In this document: piece after piece, positions 38,192 to 49,568 of the stretch
Layout: every line of letters starts with the position of its first letter
How positions within the stretch are numbered: position 1 is the stretch's first letter
Assembly (NCBI RefSeq): GCF_039654945.1
Contig: NW_027361788.1
Coordinates: 22,010,001 to 22,074,000 of the forward strand
DNA: 64,000 nucleotides
Source: Dendrobates tinctorius
Taxonomy: Eukaryota
Reading direction: 5' to 3'
Made by a program: the position numbers and the translations under genes
Notes under the pieces: model-generated
What the model saw: the letters and a program-made list of their open reading frames with translations, nothing else
Database searches by the model: none
Told to the model about the DNA's origin: nothing

Positions 38192-41100
38192 TCACAAAAA
38201 AGGAACAAAGCTCAAATTTTCATTAAGCCCATTCGGGTGGACCGTGTCCAACCTCCAGATCCAACGAGTCTCCAATTGTGCGAGGCGTTGAGAGACCCTG
38301 CCACCCCAAATATCTCAATAGTATCAATACCCCTAACCCTCAGACCTCTAGCATCGCATTGATGATATAGTTTAAAATGACGAGGTAACGTCTTCAGTGT
38401 GGTTGCGTCCTCGTGTCTGAATGCCCAAAACGTGCTCCCTGATACACACCTTAAGTTGTCTAGTGGTCAGACCAACATATATCAGGGAGCACGGACAGGT
38501 GGCATAGTAGATCACGTTTTTTGTAGTACAATTAATAAACTTACGTATTTTGTACTCACTTGATCTTGCAGAGTCAAAGAATGATATACTACGTTCGATG
38601 TTAGTACAGGCCACACAATGGCCACAGGGAGCGCATCCACACCTAGCACTAGTTTGATTTAAAAAAATGAGATCGAGGTATAGGGGTATAGTGACTATGC
38701 ACAAGTTGGTCACGTAGATTCTTGGCCTTACGATACTTGATAAGAGGCTATTTGGGTAAGATTTTAGCCAGAACGGGATCGCCATTAAAATAGGCCATGA
38801 TTTGGACAGGGCAGTGTGCACTATTTCAGATTGACAATGAAAATTAGTAATAAATCTGATAGGTTGTGAAACATTCGTCTGATCAGAATGTTTATACAAC
38901 AACGAATTCCTAGAGTTGTATTTAGCTTTATGATAGGCTTTTTTGATTGCTCGATGACTATAGCCATGATCAAGAAGCCGTTCCTTTAATTCAATGGCAC
39001 GTTGTTCAAAATCGGCTTCTGTCGAACAGATTCGCCTAAGCCGAAAAAATTGGCCTGTTGCAACTGCCCGTACCATATGTCCAGGGTGAGAGGAAGTTGC
39101 ATGTAGCAGCATGTTAGTTGCTGTAGGCTTCCTGAATATGTCCATCTGTATCACTCCCGAAGGGTCTCTCCTTAGATGAAAATCAAAAAATTCGATATGA
39201 TCATAGTCATATTTGACTGTAAGATGAATATTACGATCGTTTCTGTTTAACATAAAAATAAATTGGTCAAGGGAGGTAGGGGTGTCCTGCCAGATCAAGA
39301 GGATATCGTCGATGCAGCGTGTCCAGAGGAGGACGCGCTCCATCGACCCTAATCGATCTGTCAGGAAGAGGTCCCTCTCCCACAGCCCCAGGAAGAGATT
39401 AGCGTAGGCCGGCGCATAGGCCGCGCCCATCGCAGTCCCCTGGAGCTGCAGGAAGAAGGACCCCTTAAAAATAAAAAAGTTATGGATGAGGGTAAATTCC
39501 AAAAGTTCAAGGACAAAAGCCCTCATACCTTGACTCAAATTTGACATCTCCAAAAAATACTTAGTTGTGCGGAATCCATCACTATGCCTGATATTTGTAT
39601 ACAGGGACTCAACGTCCGCTGTAACAAATAATGTCCCCGAATCTATAGAAAGACCATCCATCCTGCGAAGTAATTGGTTGGTGTCTTTAAGATAAGATGG
39701 GAGGTCTTCAACTAGTGGTTGTATCATAGAGTCTAACCAACGATTTACACATTCCAGGTAATTACCCCCACCTGACACTATAGGGCGACCCGGTGGATTA
39801 GTACTATTCTTATGAATTTTGGGGAGCAAATATAGTGTTGGTATAGTGGGCTCAACCACACTTAATGCCATCGCCAGATCCTTAGTTATAATGCCATTGG
39901 TGGTAGCCCTGACAATAATCTCCCTGAGTTGCACCTCAAAGGTGGACAAGGGGTTATAGGTCAGTTTTTTGTAACACATAGTGTTATTCAACTGTCGAAA
40001 AACCTCTTTTTCATACATGACCTTAGGCTACAGTACTATGTTACCCCCCTTGTCCGCCGGCTTGATAACCACATCAGGGAGATTTTGTAGAAATTTAAGG
40101 CGTTGGTGCTCCTCACCTGTCAGATTATCAGAGACTATTTGTTTTTAATCTGTACCAGCTCTTGGGATACCACCTTGACAAAAAGATCAATATTACTACA
40201 TTTAGAAAGTAGGGGAAATCTACTGGAGTGTGGTCTGATACATGCAGTTATCTTACCTCCCTCCATCATATTGTGTTCTCAGGACAGGTCCTCCAAGATT
40301 CTTAGAGCTGATTGCTCTTCGTCTGTGGGGAAAATTTGATGCAAATTATCATCAAAATAGAATCGTTTAAATAGCAATGCTTGCGCAAATATATGGAGGT
40401 CCTTGATTACCGTGAAGGTATCAAGGCCTACAGCAGGAGAAAAAGAGAGACCCCTCGACAGTAAAGACAGATCGACATCGGACAACTCGTGGTTACTCAG
40501 ATTAATTACCTTATTGTCATTATTGACGCTTTCAGGAGATCTCTTAATGCGTCTTTTATAAGGATGCTATCCATAGTTCCTCATTTTCTTATTCCCTGGT
40601 CTAGTATTCACAGATGACATCAAGGCCTCAGATTGAGCACTCAGGGAGGAGATAGATGAAAAAGACGTAGTTCGTTGTAATGCATTTGCTCTTGATACTG
40701 ATTGTTTACGCCATAAATACACATTTTTAAGTTGAAAATCCTTTATATCCCTATTTAACTTGGATAATTGAGATTTTTGTATCCTTTTGACAGTAAAATC
40801 CAATGATTTTTCCAATTGAACTTCACATTTTTTTAGAATATCAGGAGGACAGCCAGCTCTCAATTCTGCTTGTGCAATATCTATTGTTTTATCCAAGTCA
40901 GCTATTGATTTAGAATTTAAACCAGTCAGTAATTGCATGAAAGTAACTGAGCAATTGTTGCATGCATCCTCCCAGTGTGACCTGAATCCTTCATCTTCTA
41001 TTGGGAAAGCAGGGCTCACACGTATCCTTAACGCTCTGGGAATGATTTTACGGGTGGTATATTTTTCTAAAAAAGCACAATTCCACCAAATTCTAGTGCG

Positions 41101-41238
41101 TTTGATTAATAAAGATTGCATGGAATCACATAGCTCGTCCCATTTATGATCTCCAGGCTGCTGCACATTGGCCCCATCCTCCCCAAAAATCTGATCAATC
41201 TGTCCAAGCCAGGACTTCTCCCTGGCTCTAAAATCCAT
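38192..41238 (-). pseudogene. PLE polyprotein: N-terminal domain, RT, Cys-rich linker, GIY-YIG endonuclease; several stops and frameshifts
   Basis: VINLS, KPADKGG, LPKIHK...PGRPIVS, DVESLYT, GTAMG, CIDD (normally YIDD), CxxCxxC linker, VIYYATCPCSLIYVGLT, and LETRWI...PNGLNE near the end. Confidence 0.92.
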
Positions 41239-41600
41239 AGTGTCAAAAGCGAGACCTGTGCATAACACAGAAAACACATAATAAATTAGAATGCTAATGA
41301 CCATTGTCAGTATACCAATTATAATGATACATTGATATGTGAATGAAGATGAAGATATCCTCTGACAAAAGATGGAAAAATAGGACTAATTGCATAAATG
41401 TATAAATATACCAAACATGAGCAAAGCTCCAAAAACATGACAAAACGTCCAAAGAGATAAAAATATATAGAAATTTTATTATAACATTAGAAAAGGCAGT
41501 TGACAGGTAATAATGGGATAGGAAAAGGGGCAATGAGTTGTGACACATCCATAACCACTGTATTCACCGGTATTTATACTGGGTCTTTTCCCTTGATTGT

Positions 41601-41650
41601 CACGCCCCCTGATGAAGGAGTGACCCTCCGAAACGCGCGTCGGGGTGGGT
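41601..41650 (+). ncRNA. Minimal type I hammerhead ribozyme, copy 2 (intact core, GUC site at 41641)
   Basis: CGCCCC CUGAUGA A GGAG ugacc CUCC GAAA CGCGCG UC GGGGUG, with palindromic stem III ACGCGCGU. Confidence 0.88.
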
Positions 41651-42705
41651 GTCTGGATGCAAGGAAGCCTCTGGCCGCTGTCTTTCAGGTATAATCTACT
41701 TTCACTTTCAATTTGACGTCGGCATCTGATTAGTACTTGGAACATGTGATGCCTATTTTGATTTATGACGTAGTGAAGTTTACTATTCTGAGCATGATTT
41801 TTCTACCTGGATGACATGACTTATTATTCCACAGGTAATTAACACTACATTAGCTGCTGCACCCCTTGCTCATACTCGGGCGGTTATGGATGTGTCACAA
41901 CTTATTGTCCCTTTTCCTATCCCATTATTACCTGTCAACTGCCTTTTCTAATGTTTTAATAAAATTTCTATATATTTTTATCTCTTTGGACATTTTGTTG
42001 TGTTTTTGGAGCTTTGCTCATGTGTTATGAATGAGTCACCGTAGGAGGCAAAAACAGAAATGCTAGCTAAGTCCAGAAAACCAGAGAAGTTGGCAGCTAT
42101 CGGATTGCAGACCCCTGAACCTATCAACACAACTAGCAGTAGCCGTGGGGGGTTCCTACGATGCCCTAGACCCCTCGATCACAGCCGGAGAATTAAATAG
42201 GCCTAAAGAAAGAAAGGGGAAATCTAAAGTGCCCCAGAGCAGACCCCAAAGCAATAGGCAGCCCCCAACATATAATGACGGTGAAGCAAGATGAAAATAC
42301 TAACACAGACAGAAAGATAGACTGAGCAAAGACGGGGCCAGAGCTAACTAGATAGAAAAGGACAGGAAGGCTGCTGTCTGCAATCCGTGAAAAACCCTAT
42401 GAAAATAAGAGCCAACAGACTGACAGTGAAAAAGGCCCTGAAGATGCTAGCCTTCAAAAAGCTATGTCAGTACTCAGGAATATTCTGAAGACAGAGCTAC
42501 AGGCAAAAGGAGATTCAGCTCACCCCAGAAGGGAATGGCAGAATACAGAAAAGCAAGGAGAACAAAAAACAAAACAAGAATGCTAACAGGCAAAACAGAA
42601 AACTTAGCTTTAGAGGAGCAGGAATCAGACTGGTGTCCTAGAAGTCCACAGAGAAATCACCCGCAGGGCAGAAGGGCGTCGGCAGCCTTATATCCAGTCC
42701 GTGAC

Positions 42706-45700
42706 TCAACTCAGCCAGTCATCCTCATTAGACTCAGGTGCCTGATAATCAGGCTCATTACCTTCCTTTACCAGAATAGGGAGTTCACCAGACCTCAGTG
42801 ACGAAGGGGAAAATGAACTCACAACAGTACCTCCCCCTTGAGGAGGGGTCACCGAACCCTCAACCACGCCACCAGGGCGATCAGGGTGAGCCCGATGAAA
42901 TGCACACACCAATCTTTTGGCATGAATATCAGAGGCAGAGACCCAGGAATTATCCTCCTGACCATAACCCTTCCACTTAACCAAATACTGGAGTCTCCGT
43001 CTAGCCAGACGGGAATCCAGTATTTTCTCTACCTCATATTCCATGTTACCTTCAACCAATACAGGGTCTGGAGGTGCCACCCCAGGAACAACTGGTTCAA
43101 CAAACCTCTTCAACAAGGACTTATGGAACACATTATGGATTTTAAATGTGACAGGAAGAGCCAAACGAAAAGAGACCGGATTAATAATCTCCAAAATCTT
43201 GTAAGGTCCAATAAATCTAGGCTTAAACTTAGGAGAAGCCACCTTCATAGCAATATTTTTTGATGATAACCACACCATATCACCAATCTGAAACTCGGGA
43301 CCAATGGTCCTATGTCGATTGGAAGACCGCTGGGCCTTTTCCTGGGAGAGAGATAACTTATCCACCACTTGGTCCCAGATCTGGTGCATTCTCTCCACCA
43401 CAGTGTCAACACCTGGGCAGGCAGAAGGCTCCACCTGCCCTGAAGAAAATCGAGGATGAAACCCAAAGTTACAAAAAAAAAGGTGACATCAAAGTGGCAA
43501 AACTAGCTCTATTATTTAAAGCAAATTTGGCCAAGGGCAAAAATGAAACCCAATGATCCTGATCAGCGGAAATAAAACATCTCAAATACGACTCCAAGGT
43601 CTGGTTTGTTCTCTCTGTCTGCCCATTGGTCTGAGGGTGAAAAGCAGAGGAGAAGGACAACTGAATTCCCAGCTTGGAACAGAAGGTCCTCCAAAATCTA
43701 GACACAAACTGAACTCCTCTGTCAGATACAATGTTCTCAGGAATCCCGTGTAAGCGAACCACCTGTTGCAAAAACAGGGGCACCAACTCAGAGGAAGATG
43801 GCAACTTAGGGAGTGGTACAAGATGAACCATCTTAGAGAACCTATCACAAATCACCCAAATAACAGTCATTCTTTGAGAGACCGGCATATCAGAGATGAA
43901 ATCCATTGAAATATGGGTCCATGGCCTCCTGGGGACCGGCAAAGGCATCAACAACCCACTAGAGCAAGAACAAGATTTAGACCTGGAGCAAGTCCCACAG
44001 GACTGCACAAAATTCCTAACATCATGAGACAAGGTGGGCCACCAAAAAGAGCAACTCACCAGATCTCTAGTACCAAAAATACCCGGATGACCAGCCAATG
44101 CAGAGCAATGAACTTCAGACATCACTCTCTTCTTCCACTGGTCAGGAACATACAACTTTCCACTGGGACAACGCTCAGGTTTGTCCTCCTGGAACTCTTT
44201 CAGAGCAAGTCTCAAATCGGGCGAGATGGCAGAAAGAACTACCCCTTCGCCTAAGATGGTAGCAGGCTTGGTCACCACAGGAGAATCAGCAAAGAAACTC
44301 CTAGAGAGGGTGTCTGCCTTGACATTCTTAGTTCCAGGAAGAAAAGAGACCACAAAATCAAAACGTGTAAAAAACAAGGCCCACCTAGCCTGTCTAGGGT
44401 TCAAGCGTTTAGCCGACTCTAGGTAAATCAAATTCTTGTGGTCAGTGAGGACCACAACTTGATGTTTAGCTCCCTCCAACCAATGTCTCCACTCCTCAAA
44501 TGCCCATTTCATGGCCAACAGTTCCCGATTCCCCACATCATAGTTACGTTCAGATGGAGAGAACTTTCGGGAAAAGAAAGCACAGGGATTCATTTTAGAT
44601 GTTACAGGATCCTTTTGGGACAAAACAGCTCCTGCACCAATCTCAGAAGCATCCACCTCTACCTGGAACGGGAGTGAGACATCAGGTTGCCGCAAAACCG
44701 GGCGGAGGTAAATCTTCGCTTCAGCTCCTGAAAGGAAGCAACAGCCTCAGGAGACCAATTCAACACATCAGCACCCTTCTTAGTCAGATCAGTCAATGGC
44801 TTGGCAATACTAGAAAATTTTGCTATAAATTTCCGATAAAAATTAGCAAAACCCAAAAACTTCTGGAGGGCCTTCAAAGAAGTGGGCTGAACCCAATCAT
44901 AAATGGCCTGTACCTTGGCCGGGTCCATTTCAATAGTTGACGGAGACAAAATAAATCCCAAAAATGAAATCCTCTGTACTCCAAAAAGGCATTTCGATCC
45001 TTTGACATACAGGGAATTCTCCCTCAAGATCCGGAACACAGTCCGAATATGTTCCACATGAGAATCCCAATCCTTGGAGAAGATCAAAATATCATCCAGA
45101 TAGATAATCAAAAATTTATCGACAAAGTCTCGGAAAATATCGTTCATGAAGCACTGGAAGACAGAAGGGGCATTAGTGAGCCCAAAAGGCATCACCAGGT
45201 ACTCAAAATGTCCCTCCGGAATATTAAACGCCATCTTCCATTCATCCCCCTGCTTAATGCGGATAAGATTATACGCCCCCCTGAGGTCAAGCTTGGTAAA
45301 CCAGCAAGCACCTCTAACTCTAGAGAATAGATCCGAAATCAGGGGTAACGGATACTGATATTTAATAGTCATTTTATTGAGGGCACGATAATCAATACAA
45401 GGCCTTAAAGAACCATCCTTTTTGGCCACAAAAAAAAACCCGGCACCTAAGGGTGAAGAGGATGGTCTAATATGACCCTTCTCCAACGCCTCCTTAATAT
45501 AGGACCGCATAGCCTCGTGCTCGGGTACAGATAAATTGAAGAGCCGACCCTTGGGAAATTTAAACCCCGGGCTGAGTTCAATTGCACAGTCATAACTCCT
45601 ATGAGGAGGCAAGGACGCAGACTCATTCTCACTAAATACATCATAAAAGTCCGCCAAATAGTCAGGAACATCATGCGACTGAGGAGAGATGGAAAAAACC

Positions 45701-46881
45701 GGAGCCTCACTAAAGGCACACCGACAACCCCAACTCACCACAGACACAGATTTCCAATCCAAAACTGGATTATGAATTTGCAACCAGGGAAACCCCAGAA
45801 CAACGGCATCATGCAGACCATGCAATACCAAAAATCTGCAATTTTCTTGATGGTCTGGGGCGACCCGCATGACCACCTGGGTCCAAAACTGAGGTTTATT
45901 TTTAGCCAAAGGAGTAGCATCAATCCCCCTCAAAGGGATAGGCGTCTGCAGAGGTGTCATCGGAAATCCACAACGTTTAGCAAAATCCAAGTCCATTAGG
46001 TTTAGCGCTGCTCCCGAATCCACAAAATCCTTGGCGGAAAATGTGGACAGGGAGCAGATCAGAGTAATTGCCAGAAGAAACTTAGGTTGAACACCACCAA
46101 CAGAAAACGTGTGTGCAAAGCGTTTCTCTCGTTTAGGACAAACAGAAATAATATGCGAGGCATCTCCACAGAAAAAACACAGCTTATTACGCCTTCTGAA
46201 CTCCTGACGTTGCGCCTTAGACAAAACTCTATCACATTGCATAGGTTCAGACGTCTGTTCAACCGGTGGCAACACCTCTCATGCAATCCTGCGTTCACGT
46301 AAACGCCGATCAACCTGAATGGCTAATGACATAGAATCGTCCAGACCAGAGGGAACAGGAAATCCCACCATAGTATCTTTTACGGCTTCTGACAAACCCT
46401 TCTGAAAGAGAGCAGCCAAGGCATTATCATTCCATGTAGTAAGGACCGCCCACTTTTGGAACTTTTGACAGTACAACTCTGCAGAATCTCGACCCTGGTT
46501 CAATGCCAACATGGTCTTTTCAGCCTGATCAATAGCATTAGGTTCGTCATACAACAACCCCAAAGCTTGAAAGAATGCGTTCGCATTAGTCAGAATAGGA
46601 TCATCTGGTTTCAAAGAAAACGCCCAATCCTGGGGATCGCCACGCAGCAAAGAGATGACAATTTTAACCTGCTGCGCAGAGCTCCCTGACGAGTTAGGCT
46701 TCAAGGCAAAAAATAATTTACAATTATTTTTGAAACTCAAAAATTTAGATCGATCCCCAAAAAATACATCAGGTGTAGGGATCTTTGGTTCAACAGCATG
46801 CGAACGAGCAAGGTAGGCGGAAATTCTCCGCTCTTCCGCAGCGAGCTGCTCCTCACGATCAGACAATTGCTTTATCTCCAT
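42706..46881 (-). pseudogene. Chromovirus 1 gag-pol (CA, CCHC, PR, RT, RNase H, IN, chromodomain) with few lesions
   Basis: EPKIPTPDVF, CFFCGDASHIISVC, FVDSGA, YLDD, VDAS, ISMDF, SDRG, QTER, GPY and EYEVEKILDSR...YLVKWKGY motifs. One in-frame TGA and at least two frameshifts. Confidence 0.93.
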
Positions 46882-47264
46882 TGAGAGAGAAAAAAAAATT
46901 CCCCCTACGGCCTCAGAGATATAGAGGAAAGAATATACACACACCTTTTTTTTTTTTTTTTTTTTAAACACAATTGTTTCCTGCTATTGAGTACCCTAGG
47001 ATCTGCGGTATGGCGGGTGATTCTGTTATGAATGAGTCACCGTAGGAGGCAAAAAACAGAAATGCTAGCTAAGTCCAGAAAACCAGAGAAGTTGGCAGCT
47101 ATCGGATTGCAGACCCCTGAACCTATCAACACAACTAAGATATAACAAGAGAACATAGAATGGCAGATTTGCAAAAATTTGCAAAAATTCTCTGCAGCCA
47201 AAAATATGGCAGTAATCAGCAAGTGCTGAACAACAAATACAGGGTATTTAGTCGATACGTTTTT

Positions 47265-49568
47265 TTGACGCTTTCAGGAGATCTCTTATTGCGTCTTTTA
47301 TAAGGATGCTATCCATAGTTCCTCATTTTCTTATTCCCTGGTCTAGTAGTCACAGATGACATCAAGGCCTCAGATTGAGCACTCAGGGAGGAGATAGATG
47401 AAAAAGACGTAGTTCGTTGTAATGCATTTGCTCTTGATACTGATTGTTTACGCCATAAATACACATTTTTAAGTTGAAAATCCTTTATATCCCTATTTAA
47501 CTTGGATAATTGAGATTTTTGTATCCTTTTGACAGTAAAATCCAATGATTTTTCCAATTGAACTTCACATTTTTTTAGAATATCAGGAGGACAGCCAGCT
47601 CTCAATTCTGCTTGTGCAATATCTATTGTTTTATCCAAGTCAGCTATTGATTTAGAATTTAAACCAATCAGTAATTGCGTGAAAGTAACTGAGCAATTGT
47701 TGCATGCATCCTCCCAGTGTGACCTGAATCCTTCATCTTCTATTGGGAAAGCAGGGCTCACACGTATCCTTAACGCTCTGGGAATGATTTTACGGGTGGT
47801 ATATTTTTCTAAAAAAGCACGATTCCACCAAATTCTAGTGCGTTTGATTAATAAAGATTGTATTGAATCACATAGCTCGTCCCATTTATGATCTCCAGGC
47901 TGCTGCACATTGGCCCCATCCTCCCCAAAAACCTGATCAATCTGTCCAAGCCAGGACTTCTCCCTGGCTCTAAAATCCATAGTGTCAAAAGCGAGACCTG
48001 TGCATAACACAGAAAACACATAATAAATTAGAATGCTAATGACCATTGTCAGTATACCAATTATAATGATACATTGATATGTGAATGAAGATGAAGATAT
48101 CCTCTGACAAAAGATGGAAAAATAGGACTAATTGCATAAATGTATAAATATACCAAACATGAGCAAAGCTCCAAAAACATGACAAAACGTCCAAAGAGAT
48201 AAAAATATATAGAAATTTTATTATAACATTAGAAAAGGCAGTTGACAGGTAATAATGGGATAGGAAAAGGGGCAATGAGTTGTGACACATCCATAACCAC
48301 CGTATTCACCGGTATTTATACTGGGTCTTTTCCCTTGATTGTCACGCCCCCTGATGAAGGAGTGACCCTCCAAAACGTGCGTCGGGGTGGGTGTCTGGAT
48401 GCAAGGAAGCCTCTGGCCGCTGTCTTTCAGGTATAATCTACTTTCACTTTCAATTTGACGTCGGCATCTGATTAGTACTTGGAACATGTGATGCCTATTT
48501 TGATTTATGACGTAGTGAAGTTTACTATTCTGAGCATGATTTTTCTACCTGGATGACATGACTTATTATTCCACAGGTAATTAACACTACATTAGCTGCT
48601 GCACCCCTTGCTCATACTCGGGCGGTTATGGATGTGTCACAACTTATTGCCCCTTTTCCTATCCCATTATTACCTGTCAACTGCCTTTTCTAATGTTTTA
48701 ATAAAATTTCTATATATTTTTATCTCTTTGGACATTTTGTTGTGTTTTTGGAGCTTTGCTCATGTGATATGAATGAGTCACCGTAGGAGGCAAAAACAGA
48801 AATGCTAGCTAAGTCCAGAAAACCAGAGAAGTTGGCAGCTATCGGATTGCAGACCCCTGAACCTATCAACACAACTAGCAGTAGCCGTGGGGGGTTCCTA
48901 CGATGCCCTAGACCCCTCGATCACAGCCGGAGAATTAAATAGGCCTAAAGAAAGAAAGGGGAAATCTAAAGTGCCCCAGAGCAGACCCCAAAGCAATAGG
49001 CAGCCCCCAACATATAATGACGGTGAAGCAAGATGAAAATACTAACACAGACAGAAAGATAGACTGAGCAAAGACGGGGCCAGAGCTAACTAGATAGAAA
49101 AGGACAGGAAGGCTGCTGTCTGCAATCCGTGAAAAACCCTATGAAAATAAGAGCCAACAGACTGACAATGAAAAAGGCCCTGAAGACGCTAGCCTTCAAA
49201 AAGCTATGTCAGTACTCAGGAATATTCTGAAGACAGAGCTACAGGCAAAAGGAGATTCAGCTCACCCCAGAAGGGAATGGCAGAATACAGAAAAGCAAGG
49301 AGAACAAAAAACAAAACAAGAATGCTAACAGGCAAAACAGAAAACTTAGCTTTAGAGGAGCAGGAATCAGACTGGTGTCCTAGAAGTCCACAGAGAAATC
49401 ACCCGCAGGGCAGAAGGGTGTCGGCAGCCTTATATCCAGTCCGTGACTCCACTCAGCCAGTCATCCTCATTAGACTCAGGTGCCTGATAATCAGGCTCAT
49501 TACCTTCCTTTACCAGAATAGGGAGTTCACCAGACCTCAGTGACGAAGGGGAAAATGAACTCACAACA
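47265..49568. repeat. 2.3-kb direct duplicate of 40523-42826 (PLE 5' part plus LTR)
   Basis: Constant offset of 6742 bp, near-identical 245-aa ORFs, scattered substitutions. Confidence 0.95.
48343..48389 (+). ncRNA. Hammerhead ribozyme copy 3, core mutated (GAAA>AAAA)
   Basis: CUGAUGA...CUCC AAAA CGUGCG UC; the conserved G12 is lost. Confidence 0.7.

Larger units (their letters stand above)
42023..49568 (-). mobile_element. Tf1/sushi-group chromovirus 1 (3' LTR 42023-42826; broken 5' LTR 47024-47137; full LTR 48765-49568)
   Basis: 804-bp LTRs, PPT at 42827-42843, 6-bp TSD CTCATG (42017-42022, 49569-49574). Confidence 0.93.

Noticed and set aside
41239-41304. Signal-peptide-like start MVISILIYYVFSVLCTG of the 245-aa ORF
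   Set aside because: Overlaps the branch point and pyrimidine tract of the predicted intron; hydrophobicity reflects the T-rich sequence.
46279-46281. Programmed gag-pol readthrough at TGA in chromovirus 1
   Set aside because: Chromovirus 2 has CGA (Arg) at the equivalent position, so CpG deamination is the simpler explanation.
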